The position numbers and the translations under genes were made by a program. From the NCBI GenBank assembly GCA_050952525.1, contig JBMNLC010000004.1, forward strand, positions 102,437-166,436: DNA of 64,000 nt. The letters run 5' to 3'. This document shows, piece after piece, positions 9,920 to 19,517 of the stretch (positions within the stretch are counted from its first letter, which is position 1; every line of letters begins with the position of its first letter). Source of the DNA: Clostridia bacterium (GTDB lineage Bacteria > Bacillota > Clostridia > Christensenellales > JBMNLC01). The notes under the pieces were generated by a model that had not been told where the DNA came from, did not search any database, and saw only the letters and a program-made list of their open reading frames with translations.

Positions 9920-10693
9920 ATGAGTCAACCGGTAATTGCTGCGCAACTTTTTACCATTCGGGATTATACGGAAACCCCTGAAGATATTGCCCAAAGTATG
10001 AAAAAGATCAAGGAAATGGGCTATAATGCCGTGCAGGTTTCGGGATTCGGTCCCATTGAGCATCAACAGGTGAAGGATATCATGGACAGTCAAGGTCTCA
10101 CCATTTGTGCTACCCATATTGGATTTGACCGCCTGCAAAATGATCTGGAGGATGTCATTGAACAGCATAAGCTGTGGAATTGCAAATATGTGGGTCTGGG
10201 CAGTATGCCGGCCGAATACGCAACAAGCAGAGATGGCTATATCGCTTTCGCCAAGGAGGCTTCCGAGATTGCCCGGAAGCTGGCCGACAATGGCCTCCGC
10301 TTTATTTACCATAACCATCATTTCGAGTTTATGAAGTTCGATGGGGTAACGGGAATGGAAATTCTTTTTGAGGAAACAGACCCGGAGGTCTTTGACTTTG
10401 AGCTTGATACATATTGGATCCAGGCAGGGGGAGCCAACCCTGTAGACTGGATATATAAAGTCAAGGGTCGTATGAAGGTGATCCACTTTAAGGACATGGG
10501 AGTAAGTAGTGAGAGACAGGTCATCATGACCGAGGTTGGTGAGGGAAACCTGAATTGGCCTGCCATTATTCAGGCGTGTAAAGAAACGGGTGTGGAATGG
10601 TGTCCTGTGGAGCAGGATATCTGCCAGCGAAATCCCTTTGAAAGCCTGGCGATCAGCCTGGAGAATTTAAAGAAGCTTGGCTTGCAGGCATGA
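9920..10693 (+). CDS. Sugar phosphate isomerase/epimerase (xylose-isomerase-like TIM barrel)
   Basis: ORF 9896..10693. RBS GAGGTGA favours the ATG at 9920. ~257 aa with the AP-endonuclease-2/xylose-isomerase-like pattern (YNHHFEF...D.YW...H.KD). Confidence 0.75.
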   Translation: MSQPVIAAQLFTIRDYTETPEDIAQSMKKIKEMGYNAVQVSGFGPIEHQQVKDIMDSQGLTICATHIGFDRLQNDLEDVIEQHKLWNCKYVGLGSMPAEYATSRDGYIAFAKEASEIARKLADNGLRFIYHNHHFEFMKFDGVTGMEILFEETDPEVFDFELDTYWIQAGGANPVDWIYKVKGRMKVIHFKDMGVSSERQVIMTEVGEGNLNWPAIIQACKETGVEWCPVEQDICQRNPFESLAISLENLKKLGLQA

Positions 10694-10725
10694 GGACATC
10701 GTGAAAGCCCAAGGGAGGTATGAGA

Positions 10726-11583
10726 ATGAAACGTTTTATCCTGTCTGCATTTGCAGATGAGATTGATGCTGACCTGACAATGCAGATAGATGTACTGGAG
10801 CAGCATGATATTCGATATATCGAAATGAGGGGCGTAAACGGAAAAAATCTGGTGGACTATTCCATCGATGAAGTGAAAGAGATTAAAGAACAATTGGAAA
10901 GTCGCGGCTTTAAAATCTCCGCTATCGGCTCCCCAATCGGAAAGATTGGGATTCGTGATGATTTTGCTCCCCATCTGGCCCTGTTCAAGCATACTTTAGA
11001 GATCGCTCAAATAATGGAAACGAACTACATCCGGATGTTCAGTTTCTTCATGCCCAAGGGGGAGAATCCCGATCAATACAGAGATCAGGTCATAGAGCGC
11101 TGGAGAGAGTTTGTAAAAGCTGCAGAAGGAAAGGGGATTACTCTGCTCCATGAGAATGAGAAGGGTATATATGGTGATACGCCGGAACGCTGCCTGGATT
11201 TACTCGAGACTTTGTCCTGCGATTACGTGAAGGCTACCTTTGATCCGGCTAACTTTGTCCAGTGTGATGTGGAGACATATCCCCGTGCTTTTCAAATGCT
11301 GAAGGATCATATTGTCTACCTGCATATTAAGGATGCCCTGTACAGCAATCACCAGGTTGTTCCTTCAGGTCATGGTGACGGGAAGATAAAGGAAATTCTT
11401 ACAGCACTGTGGAATATGGGATTTGAAGGCTTCCTTTCTCTTGAGCCCCACTTGGGTAATTTCGAAGGCTTTGCTGCACTGGAGCCGGGGACACCGGCTG
11501 CTGATTTGCCCGAATGTGGACCCAGGCAGTTTGCCATAGCAGCCCATGCACTGAAAAAAATAATCTCTGAGCTGGAAAGGTAG
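10726..11583 (+). CDS. Sugar phosphate isomerase/epimerase (xylose-isomerase-like TIM barrel), second copy
   Basis: ORF 10720..11583. GGGAGG RBS 7 nt before the ATG at 10726. LHENE...FDPANF...LHIKD...LSLEPH metal-ligand pattern. Confidence 0.8.
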   Translation: MKRFILSAFADEIDADLTMQIDVLEQHDIRYIEMRGVNGKNLVDYSIDEVKEIKEQLESRGFKISAIGSPIGKIGIRDDFAPHLALFKHTLEIAQIMETNYIRMFSFFMPKGENPDQYRDQVIERWREFVKAAEGKGITLLHENEKGIYGDTPERCLDLLETLSCDYVKATFDPANFVQCDVETYPRAFQMLKDHIVYLHIKDALYSNHQVVPSGHGDGKIKEILTALWNMGFEGFLSLEPHLGNFEGFAALEPGTPAADLPECGPRQFAIAAHALKKIISELER

Positions 11584-11592
11584 GGGAGAATC

Positions 11593-12753
11593 GTGGATAA
11601 GGTTAGAATCGGTATTATCGGAATCGGTAATATGGGAAGCGGACATATGGAGTATCTGTTGGCAGGTGAAGTCCCCAATGCAGAACTGACAGCAGTATGC
11701 GATATTAAACCGGAGCGGTTAAGATGGGCTAAAGAGCGGTTAGGCGATAAGATACGATACTTTGATAACGCAGAAGCCTTAATGGATTCTAAGGCAGTGG
11801 ACGGTGTCCTTATTGCTACTCCCCATTATGATCACCCGATCCTGGCTATCGAAGCATTTAAGAGGGGCCTACATGTGTTGGCGGAAAAACCGGCAGGGGT
11901 ATATACCAAGAAGGTTGCCGAGATGAATGAAGCTGCAAAAAAAAGCGGCAAGGTTTTTGGGATCATGTACAACCAGCGAACCAATCCCCTGTATCAAAAA
12001 TTCAGAGATTTGGTAAAATCGGGGGAACTGGGAGAAATAAAGCGAACGAACTGGATTATCACCGATTGGTATCGATCACAGAGTTACTATGATTCCGGTG
12101 GATGGAGGGCTACCTGGAAAGGAGAAGGCGGAGGAGTTCTTCTCAATCAGTGTCCCCACAACCTGGATTTGTGGCAGTGGATTTGTGGAATGCCCGTTCG
12201 GGTGAGGGCTTTCTGTTCCTATGGCAAATACCATGATATCGAAGTTGAGGACGATATGACCGCATATGTGGAATATGAAAACGGTGCAACAGGGGTTTTT
12301 ATCACTTCTACAGGAGAAGCCCCGGGGACCAATCGTTTTGAAGTGACCGGTGATCGCGGAAAAATTGTTCTGGAAGACGGCAAACTGACATTTTGGAGGC
12401 TGCGTGTATCGGAGAGGCAGTTTAATCGCGAATATAAAGGGGGATTCGGAAGCCCTGAATGTTGGCGCTGTGATATTCCCGTCAGAGGAGTGGAAACAGC
12501 CCATAAAGGGATCACCACCGATTGGGTGAAGGCTATCCTGAAGGGCACACCATTGCTGGCACCGGGGGTAGAAGGCATCAATGGGCTTACGATCTCCAAT
12601 GCCATGCATCTGTCCTCCTGGCTTGATGCATGGGTGGATATCCCCTTTGATGAAGATCTCTTCTATGAAAAGCTTCAGGAAAAAATAAAAAGCTCTACTT
12701 TTCAGAAAAAAACCGATGGGAATAAACTATTGGACGTTGAAGGAACGTTCTAG
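11593..12753 (+). CDS. Gfo/Idh/MocA family oxidoreductase
   Basis: 386 aa, GTG start after an AGGGGAG RBS. VRIGIIGIGNMG Rossmann motif and VLAEKP motif. Confidence 0.85.
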   Translation: MDKVRIGIIGIGNMGSGHMEYLLAGEVPNAELTAVCDIKPERLRWAKERLGDKIRYFDNAEALMDSKAVDGVLIATPHYDHPILAIEAFKRGLHVLAEKPAGVYTKKVAEMNEAAKKSGKVFGIMYNQRTNPLYQKFRDLVKSGELGEIKRTNWIITDWYRSQSYYDSGGWRATWKGEGGGVLLNQCPHNLDLWQWICGMPVRVRAFCSYGKYHDIEVEDDMTAYVEYENGATGVFITSTGEAPGTNRFEVTGDRGKIVLEDGKLTFWRLRVSERQFNREYKGGFGSPECWRCDIPVRGVETAHKGITTDWVKAILKGTPLLAPGVEGINGLTISNAMHLSSWLDAWVDIPFDEDLFYEKLQEKIKSSTFQKKTDGNKLLDVEGTF

Positions 12754-12763
12754 CTTTCATGTG

Positions 12764-12806
12764 CAAAACGGAATGGATACCGCTTAAAGGCATCTATTCC
12801 GTTTTG
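12764..12806 (+). terminator. Probable terminator of the deoC-oxidoreductase operon
   Basis: CAAAACGGAAT (12764-12774) pairs with ATTCCGTTTTG (12796-12806). The T tract is weak. Confidence 0.5.
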
Positions 12807-13057
12807 TCCGTACTGGACAATTTTATGCGATGGAAACGAAACGGAAACCAAGCTGTACCCCGATATATTCCTCAATTGCAACGCTTAACCGGAAAATGCT
12901 GGGCGTTTATAGGATGCGAGTCTATTTCACAAGATAAGCGAGGTATGTTGTGTACGGATGGATTTATGGATTTTTTGGCTACAATTGCGGTTTGGGAAAG
13001 ATCAAAGGACAATTCGCATATGAATAGAATAATTCATAAGTTTTAGGGGGGATATGT

Positions 13058-13252
13058 TTGAAACACTGGACAGCTCAGGATTATATCCGTAATATTTGTG
13101 AAGGTTCGCCATGCGCAGGACAGGTAAAAACCTATAAATTATCCGAGGAAGAGAGGCAGGCTATCATTGCCAAGTACGGTCCTCCGAAAGGAAAGCCGGG
13201 AAGGGTTTCAAACTTTGACATAAAAAGGAAGAAAGATAGAAGCTTGAGGTAA
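13058..13252 (+). CDS. Small hypothetical protein (64 aa, basic C-terminus)
   Basis: TTG start 6 nt after a GGGGGG run, followed by a strong terminator. No family recognised. Confidence 0.3.
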   Translation: MKHWTAQDYIRNICEGSPCAGQVKTYKLSEEERQAIIAKYGPPKGKPGRVSNFDIKRKKDRSLR

Positions 13253-13291
13253 CCTAAAAAGATATTTTTCCTACTCGTATGGAAAGGTACA

Positions 13292-13327
13292 GCAAAGGGT
13301 GCTTTACGTCTGTAAAGCACCCTTTGC
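13292..13327. terminator. Bidirectional terminator
   Basis: Perfect 16-bp stem GCAAAGGGTGCTTTAC / GTAAAGCACCCTTTGC with a 4-nt loop, between convergent genes. Confidence 0.8.
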
Positions 13328-13342
13328 TTGTCATGGATCGGG

Positions 13343-14512
13343 TTATAGGAAAGCCTCGCGGGCTTCTTTGATCATCTCAGGGATATTGAGCTTGTATTCA
13401 CACCAGGGGAGGCATTCGCCGCATTCGATGCATTCCTGCATATCGTATTTTTTCTCCTTGTACTGTTCGGAGAAGGCTGATGTTTCCTTGCCCAGTCGTT
13501 TACTGATTGTATAACGGGAATATATTGATAGTATCCCGGGAAAATCGACTTCCTGAGGACATGAGAATTTTTCCAGACAGTGCATACACTCACGGCATAC
13601 ATCCCGCATACTGGGGGCTACTTTATCCGCTTCCTGAATCAGAAGCGACAATTTCTCCGGGCTCATCCGCTCTCTGCAGGCAGTTTCAATGTTCATCTCC
13701 ATCTGTCGGATGGAGGTTGCACCGGCATCCACAGTTGTAATATAGGGGTTGCAAAGGCAAAAGTCCAACATGGCGGGATAATCAATCGAGATGTATTCCT
13801 TGAGTATATTATAGATAGGAGGCATACTGTTGCCGCTAAAAGCCTTCATGTTAACAATACCAATGTCCTTCTTATATAGATACTCGAAAATGTTAACAGG
13901 ATTATCCTCACTTAGAGAGCGATTGAACACATTGTAAGGGAGTTCCACTACCTCGAAGATCCCTGTATCAGTGGCTGCCATGATCTCCTCCGTATCATGG
14001 TAATGGCTGGAGAATCCGATGTGGTTGATATAGCCATCTTTCTTCAGTTCTTGAATTCTGTCCAGCACGCCCGATTTAAGCATAGTCGTCCAACGATCCT
14101 TGTTGATGCCGTGGAAAAAATACACCAGCTTAATATCCTTGTCACCGATCTTCAGATCACCCTGCCCTTCTATTCCCAGCTTACCCCGGCTTGTAAACAA
14201 ATCGGCTTCCAAATCCTCCAGTGTATATCCGTGGCCTTTTGTAACGATTACAATGGGTTCGCTCAGATGCGGATGGTTACGGATAGCTTTTCCAACCAGG
14301 ACTTCGCTTTCGACCAGCGCCCCTTCATCATTATGCCCTTTGTATGCTCTTGCAGTATCCACCAGATTGATTCCCTGGCCGAGCACAAAGTGAAGTAACT
14401 GCTCGGCTTCATCAACCGTATTCATGATTCTAAGGTTCATCGCTCCGAAGCTCAGCTCAGTTACCCAAAGATTGGTTCGACCTAGCCGTCTTCTTTTGAT
14501 TTCCCGTTTCAT
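13343..14512 (-). CDS. Aldo/keto reductase with C-terminal Cys-rich (Fe-S-type) domain
   Basis: ORF 13343..14623. AGAGGGGTGA RBS before the ATG at 14512 (MKREIKRRRLGRTNL). AKR core followed by CRECMHC...C and CIECGEC...C cysteine clusters. Confidence 0.8.
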   Translation of the reverse strand: MKREIKRRRLGRTNLWVTELSFGAMNLRIMNTVDEAEQLLHFVLGQGINLVDTARAYKGHNDEGALVESEVLVGKAIRNHPHLSEPIVIVTKGHGYTLEDLEADLFTSRGKLGIEGQGDLKIGDKDIKLVYFFHGINKDRWTTMLKSGVLDRIQELKKDGYINHIGFSSHYHDTEEIMAATDTGIFEVVELPYNVFNRSLSEDNPVNIFEYLYKKDIGIVNMKAFSGNSMPPIYNILKEYISIDYPAMLDFCLCNPYITTVDAGATSIRQMEMNIETACRERMSPEKLSLLIQEADKVAPSMRDVCRECMHCLEKFSCPQEVDFPGILSIYSRYTISKRLGKETSAFSEQYKEKKYDMQECIECGECLPWCEYKLNIPEMIKEAREAFL

Positions 14513-14755
14513 CACTATATCACCCCTCTTTGCTTCTATGTATATTTTACCATATATAGATCTTTTCCGGTACCACATAATTGTCCATACCGGACGGTTA
14601 GGCCGGAAAGGATGGCTATCCATATGCCTGATAGAATCTTTAAAGGAAATGGGGACTGAAATGTAGAATGTTAGATTTAGGATTTACATATGAATAGAAA
14701 GACTTGGAGTGCACCCATAGGGATCTGAATATCCAACGAACAGGGAAAGGGTGAG

Positions 14756-15994
14756 ATGATGAGAATATTGCATACTTCCGACTGGCATCTGGGCAAGACC
14801 TTGGAGGGCTTTAGTCGTCTGGAAGAGCAGAAGTTGTTCCTGGAGGAATTACTGGAAATTATTGAAGAACAGCAGGTTGACCTGGTTATGATCGCAGGGG
14901 ATATCTATGACACGGCAAATCCTCCGGCTGCGGCCGAAAAACTGTTCTATAGCACCTTGGAGAGAATAACAAAGGGTGGAAGAAGGGGAGTTTTGGTGAT
15001 TGCAGGGAACCATGATAATCCGGAACGATTGGAAGCAGCTGCAACTTTAGCGTACCCCCATGGGGTTATCCTGCTGGGAAAACCGTCAAGTCGTGTGGAA
15101 AAGGGCAAATATGGGCCTATGGATGTGCTTGAATCCGGTGAAGGATATTTGAGGATAAGAATCAATGGGCAAGAATCTGTTATTGCTACCCTTCCCTTTC
15201 CCAGCGAGAAGAGACTAGATGAGATCCTGCCCGTAGATCAGAAGGATGAAGAGCGCAGGAAATGCTACAGCGAAAGGATAGGCGAGTTGTTTCAGAAGAT
15301 TTCCGCTCATTTTCGGGAGGATACCATCAACCTGGCTGTCAGTCATCTCTACATGACCGGAGGGGAGGAGAGCCAATCAGAAAGGCCCATTCAGTTGGGC
15401 GGTACCTTTGCAGTGGAGTTTGCAATGCTTCCCGATGCCCAATATATCGCCCTGGGTCATCTTCATAAGAGCCAAAGAGTCTCCGGGTCCAGTAAAGTCC
15501 GCTACAGCGGATCTCCATTGCAATACAGTCGAAGCGAGATACATAACAGTAATGCTGTGTACATTGTGGATCTGCAGCCTGGGCAGGAGCCTGTTATCCA
15601 GGAAGTATTTTTGCGGAATTATAAGCCCATCGAGATCTGGGAGTGCAGCAGCATTGAGGAAGCTATAGAGAGGTGCAGGGCTAATAGCCACAGGGATATT
15701 TGGGTATATATGGACATAAAGACAGACAGGGGGATTACCCAGGGTGAGATAAAGGAAATGAAAAGTCTGGTAAAGGATATCGTACAGATCAGACCCATAT
15801 TCCCGAACGAGATCATGAGGGAGGAACCCTTGGAGGACATAAATGTCCCAATTGATGATCTGTTCAGCTCCTATTATCGAAGCAGACGGGGCACAGAGCC
15901 CCCGGAAGAGCTTATGGATATGTTCTATAAAATTCTTGGGCAGGAGGATGATTCGGATGAAGCCGAGGATGTTGAAAATTCGAGGGCTGAATAG
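14756..15994 (+). CDS. sbcD: Exonuclease SbcCD, nuclease subunit D (Mre11-like)
   Basis: MRILHTSDWHLGK, GDIYD and GNHD phosphoesterase motifs. Confidence 0.85.
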   Translation: MMRILHTSDWHLGKTLEGFSRLEEQKLFLEELLEIIEEQQVDLVMIAGDIYDTANPPAAAEKLFYSTLERITKGGRRGVLVIAGNHDNPERLEAAATLAYPHGVILLGKPSSRVEKGKYGPMDVLESGEGYLRIRINGQESVIATLPFPSEKRLDEILPVDQKDEERRKCYSERIGELFQKISAHFREDTINLAVSHLYMTGGEESQSERPIQLGGTFAVEFAMLPDAQYIALGHLHKSQRVSGSSKVRYSGSPLQYSRSEIHNSNAVYIVDLQPGQEPVIQEVFLRNYKPIEIWECSSIEEAIERCRANSHRDIWVYMDIKTDRGITQGEIKEMKSLVKDIVQIRPIFPNEIMREEPLEDINVPIDDLFSSYYRSRRGTEPPEELMDMFYKILGQEDDSDEAEDVENSRAE

Positions 15995-18900
15995 TTTTAT
16001 CGAGGAACAGAAAATTGATTTCAGCAAACTGGCGGAATACGGTCTTTTTGGGATATTCGGTCCGACAGGCAGCGGCAAATCCACCATATTGGACGCCATC
16101 ACCCTGGTCCTTTATGGAACAATTCCACGATGTGGAAAGAGAGCGTCGGGGTTTATCAATACAAATACGGATGAAGCATATGTCTACTATGAATTTGAAA
16201 TTGGTCCCCGTACTCGGCGTAAAAAGTATTATGTGGAACGTTTGATTGAAAAGCTGGATGAGGGAAGCATCAGAACGAAGAAAGCTATTATCTGTGATAC
16301 TACAAATCCTGACAAGGTGGAAGTCTTATCCGACCGTGTGGCTGAAACCAACCGCTTGCTCGAAGGAATCATCGGCTTGAGCTCCGATGATTTCACGAGG
16401 TCCGTTGTACTACCCCAGGGCAGCTTTAGTGAGTTTCTGAGGCTGACGGGCATGGAAAGGCGAGAGATGTTGGAACGTATATTTAAACTGGAAGAGTACG
16501 GGAAAAAGCTGATGGATAAGGCAAGACGCTTTAAAAGGATCAAAGAGACAGAGCGGAGTGAATTAAATGGAAAGTTAAGCGCCTATGAGGGTGTCTCCCA
16601 GGAAGCGTATGAGGATGCAGTGAACGAAGCAGATGAATGGGCCGTTCGCCAAAAAACGGCGACGAGACGATACGAAGAAGCAGAAAAGGACTTTGAAAGA
16701 TACAAAAGTATTTGGGAGCTCCGACAGGAAAAGGAACGGGAGCAGCGCAAGCAAGAAGCTCTGATGGCTCAAAAGGAAAGCATCCATCAAAAGGAGCAGG
16801 CACTGGAATGGGGAAAAAGGGCCTTTTTGATCGCGCCCTTGATAGAAAAAGTGGATGAAAAGGAGGCAGCTCTGAAAGCGAAGCTGGAAGAGACAGAACA
16901 AATCGGAGAAGATTACAATCGGATATGTGAAAGGGCTGAAGATATAGAAAACCATTGGAGGAAAGCCCTTGAAAAGAAGGAAAGAGATTTGCCGCAGCTG
17001 TCTGCCAAGAGGGAAATCCTTCTACAGGCAGTAAAGATGCAGGATCAGATTCGAACGGACATCGAAAAAATAGAGGAAATGAAGAAAGCATATAACTTGA
17101 CCCTTCAACAGATTGAAGAAAGGAAAAAAGCAGCTGATTTTCTCCTATTGGAACTGGAGAATGGGAAGGGCCAATTAAAGGACCTGGAGGCCCAAATGAG
17201 GGAGCTGAGGATATCCCCAAACTATCGGCAAGAGCTTGATACAGCCCTTGAGCATGAGCGAAGCTATGTGGAATCCTTGCAGGAATGCAAAACCCTTTAC
17301 GAGAAAGGGGAAGCCCAGCGGCAGAAAACCCAAATCCTACGCGAAGAGCTGGATAACACGCAACATGTCATGGAAGAAAAGGAAGATGTCTGGAAGGATC
17401 TCCAGGCCCAATGGAAGGAGTTGCAGGAAAACTGTCCGGGAAACAGAAATGACCTGCTGGAACAACAGAAAGCCTTGGGGAATATGCAGAGCGAGATACG
17501 AGAGCTTAGGGATATCTGTAAGGATATGGAAGAACTTAAGAAAGAGCATAGAGAATTGTCCCACAGCCGGGAAGAGATAATCGGTCATTTGGATAAGGCC
17601 AGGCAGGCATATCAGGAATGGGAGGACAGATTCCGCAATCTGGATCATGCCTATCAACAAATGCAGCGAATGAACATGGCGTCCATCCTTTCTAAGGAAT
17701 TACAGGATGGTACGCCATGTCCGGTTTGCGGTTCAACACATCACCCCCATCCCAGAATTGGGGGAGAGGAGCTCTTGATGGAGGAAATGAAGCAACTGGC
17801 GCAGCAGCGGGATGCGGCGAATGAAGAGCTTATCGAGCGGAAAGGGACACTGGCAAGCCTTCAAGCAAAACTGGACGGCATTGCTGCTCAATTGCATCAG
17901 AATGAAAAGGCTCTGGAGGAGAAAAAGCAAAGAAGAATGGGGCGAGATGTCCATGATCTGGAGAAACGGTGGGAAGACCTCAACCGCAGTTTTACGGAGA
18001 CGGCAGAAAAAATCGATATCTGGGAGAGCCGGCAGGAACAGCTTCGGAAAGCAATTGACGGGTTAAATGAAGAACTTTCGGAACTCAAAGCCCAGAAAGC
18101 CTCAAAAGGGGCGGCTCTCAGTGCTGAAACGAATTTACTGCTTTCACTGGAAATGGAGTATAAAAAGGCACTGCAAAATATGGAGGAAAACAAAAAAGCT
18201 TATGAGGAAGTTAAACGGAAGTTGGGTCTGAACAATATCGCTGCTAAAATACAGGAGATCAGAGAGCAGGACCATAAACTGGAAGAGATGAGAAAGTGGG
18301 AAGAGGAAGTTCAGGCCCTGCTGGATAGATGGACCAAAGACCTGGAAGAAAACAGAAGGAAAATGGCCGATTTGGAGATACAGAAGACCAAGGAGGAGGA
18401 AGGCTGGAAGGAAAAGCAGAGGGTGGTTGATGAACGGCGCAAGGAACTTCATCGATTAACGGAAGGGAAGGAGGCAAGTTCTTATCTTGAGGAGATATCC
18501 GGCCAGATAGAAAAGATACAGGCTGAATGGAACGAACTGGAAAGCTCCCTCCGGCAGATCAATGAGGAAAAAGAAAAACTGTACCAAGCCTATCTGACTG
18601 CTGCAGAGAACAGCAGAATGTTGAAAGAGGATTTGGAGAAGGAGATTCGGGAACTGGAGCGGATGATCGAGGAGAAGGGCTTCAGAACAAAAGAAGAGGT
18701 GTTGGAAAAATATCTGAGCCAGAACGAAATGGATCGCTTGGATGTAGAAATAAACAGCTATAAGGATGAGCTAAAAATCGTCCATGACCGGATAGCTGCC
18801 ATTGAGGAAAAGCTTAAGGGACAAAGGGTCTCTGAAGCGGATTGGATGGAAATCCAGCAAAGGAGGAAAGGCTTGAGAGAAGAATTGGAGACGATAAAAG

Positions 18901-19499
18901 AGCAAACGATCAGGTTAGCGAGCAAAAAGGAGGAGCTTCAAAGACGACTGAAGGAAAAGCAGGAATTAGAGGCAGACTATAAAGCCCTTGACCATGAATG
19001 CGGCCTTCTCAATGATTTAATGTCTCTGCTGCAGGGTAAAAAATTTGTGGATTATATCGCTCAAAGGCAGCTGAGAATAATTGCTCATGAAGCCTCCAGA
19101 CGTTTGAAGGAGATCACCCGGGGAAGATATGCCTTAGAGTTGGATTCCGGAGGAAATTTCATTATGCGCGACGACTTCAACGGGGGTGCCAGAAGGCCTA
19201 CCCATACCTTGTCAGGAGGTGAAACCTTTGTGACTTCCCTTTCCTTGGCTTTGGCTTTATCCGCCCATATACAGCTGGGCAAAGCTGTTCTGGAATTTTT
19301 CTTCCTGGATGAAGGATTCGGTACCTTGGACGAGGAATTGTTAAATGTGGTGATCAGCTCTTTGGAACAGCTCCGGAGTGAACAGTTAAGCGTCGGCTTG
19401 ATCAGTCACGTGGAGGAGTTGAGGCATAGAATTCCCAGAAAGCTGCTGGTACACCCGGCTGTTCCGGGACTGAGGGGGACACGGGTAGAAATGGAGTAG
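15957..19499 (+). CDS. sbcC: Exonuclease SbcCD, ATPase subunit C (Rad50-like)
   Basis: Start MKPRMLKIRGLNSF overlaps the sbcD end. Walker A GPTGSGKST, long E/K/Q coiled coil, CPVCGS zinc hook, LSGGETF signature, Walker B FFFLDEGFG. Confidence 0.85.
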   Translation: MKPRMLKIRGLNSFIEEQKIDFSKLAEYGLFGIFGPTGSGKSTILDAITLVLYGTIPRCGKRASGFINTNTDEAYVYYEFEIGPRTRRKKYYVERLIEKLDEGSIRTKKAIICDTTNPDKVEVLSDRVAETNRLLEGIIGLSSDDFTRSVVLPQGSFSEFLRLTGMERREMLERIFKLEEYGKKLMDKARRFKRIKETERSELNGKLSAYEGVSQEAYEDAVNEADEWAVRQKTATRRYEEAEKDFERYKSIWELRQEKEREQRKQEALMAQKESIHQKEQALEWGKRAFLIAPLIEKVDEKEAALKAKLEETEQIGEDYNRICERAEDIENHWRKALEKKERDLPQLSAKREILLQAVKMQDQIRTDIEKIEEMKKAYNLTLQQIEERKKAADFLLLELENGKGQLKDLEAQMRELRISPNYRQELDTALEHERSYVESLQECKTLYEKGEAQRQKTQILREELDNTQHVMEEKEDVWKDLQAQWKELQENCPGNRNDLLEQQKALGNMQSEIRELRDICKDMEELKKEHRELSHSREEIIGHLDKARQAYQEWEDRFRNLDHAYQQMQRMNMASILSKELQDGTPCPVCGSTHHPHPRIGGEELLMEEMKQLAQQRDAANEELIERKGTLASLQAKLDGIAAQLHQNEKALEEKKQRRMGRDVHDLEKRWEDLNRSFTETAEKIDIWESRQEQLRKAIDGLNEELSELKAQKASKGAALSAETNLLLSLEMEYKKALQNMEENKKAYEEVKRKLGLNNIAAKIQEIREQDHKLEEMRKWEEEVQALLDRWTKDLEENRRKMADLEIQKTKEEEGWKEKQRVVDERRKELHRLTEGKEASSYLEEISGQIEKIQAEWNELESSLRQINEEKEKLYQAYLTAAENSRMLKEDLEKEIRELERMIEEKGFRTKEEVLEKYLSQNEMDRLDVEINSYKDELKIVHDRIAAIEEKLKGQRVSEADWMEIQQRRKGLREELETIKEQTIRLASKKEELQRRLKEKQELEADYKALDHECGLLNDLMSLLQGKKFVDYIAQRQLRIIAHEASRRLKEITRGRYALELDSGGNFIMRDDFNGGARRPTHTLSGGETFVTSLSLALALSAHIQLGKAVLEFFFLDEGFGTLDEELLNVVISSLEQLRSEQLSVGLISHVEELRHRIPRKLLVHPAVPGLRGTRVEME

Positions 19500-19517
19500 T
19501 ATAAGGAGGTTATTAAA

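Noticed and set aside
12759-13046. 95-aa ORF after the second Gfo/Idh/MocA gene.
   Set aside because: It starts inside the operon terminator hairpin, has no RBS and has no recognisable motif.
16500-19000. Highly repetitive E/K/Q/L-rich stretch in sbcC, considered as a DNA tandem repeat or low-complexity insertion.
   Set aside because: This is the Rad50/SbcC coiled coil with a central CxxC zinc hook. I saw no nucleotide-level tandem repeat unit.
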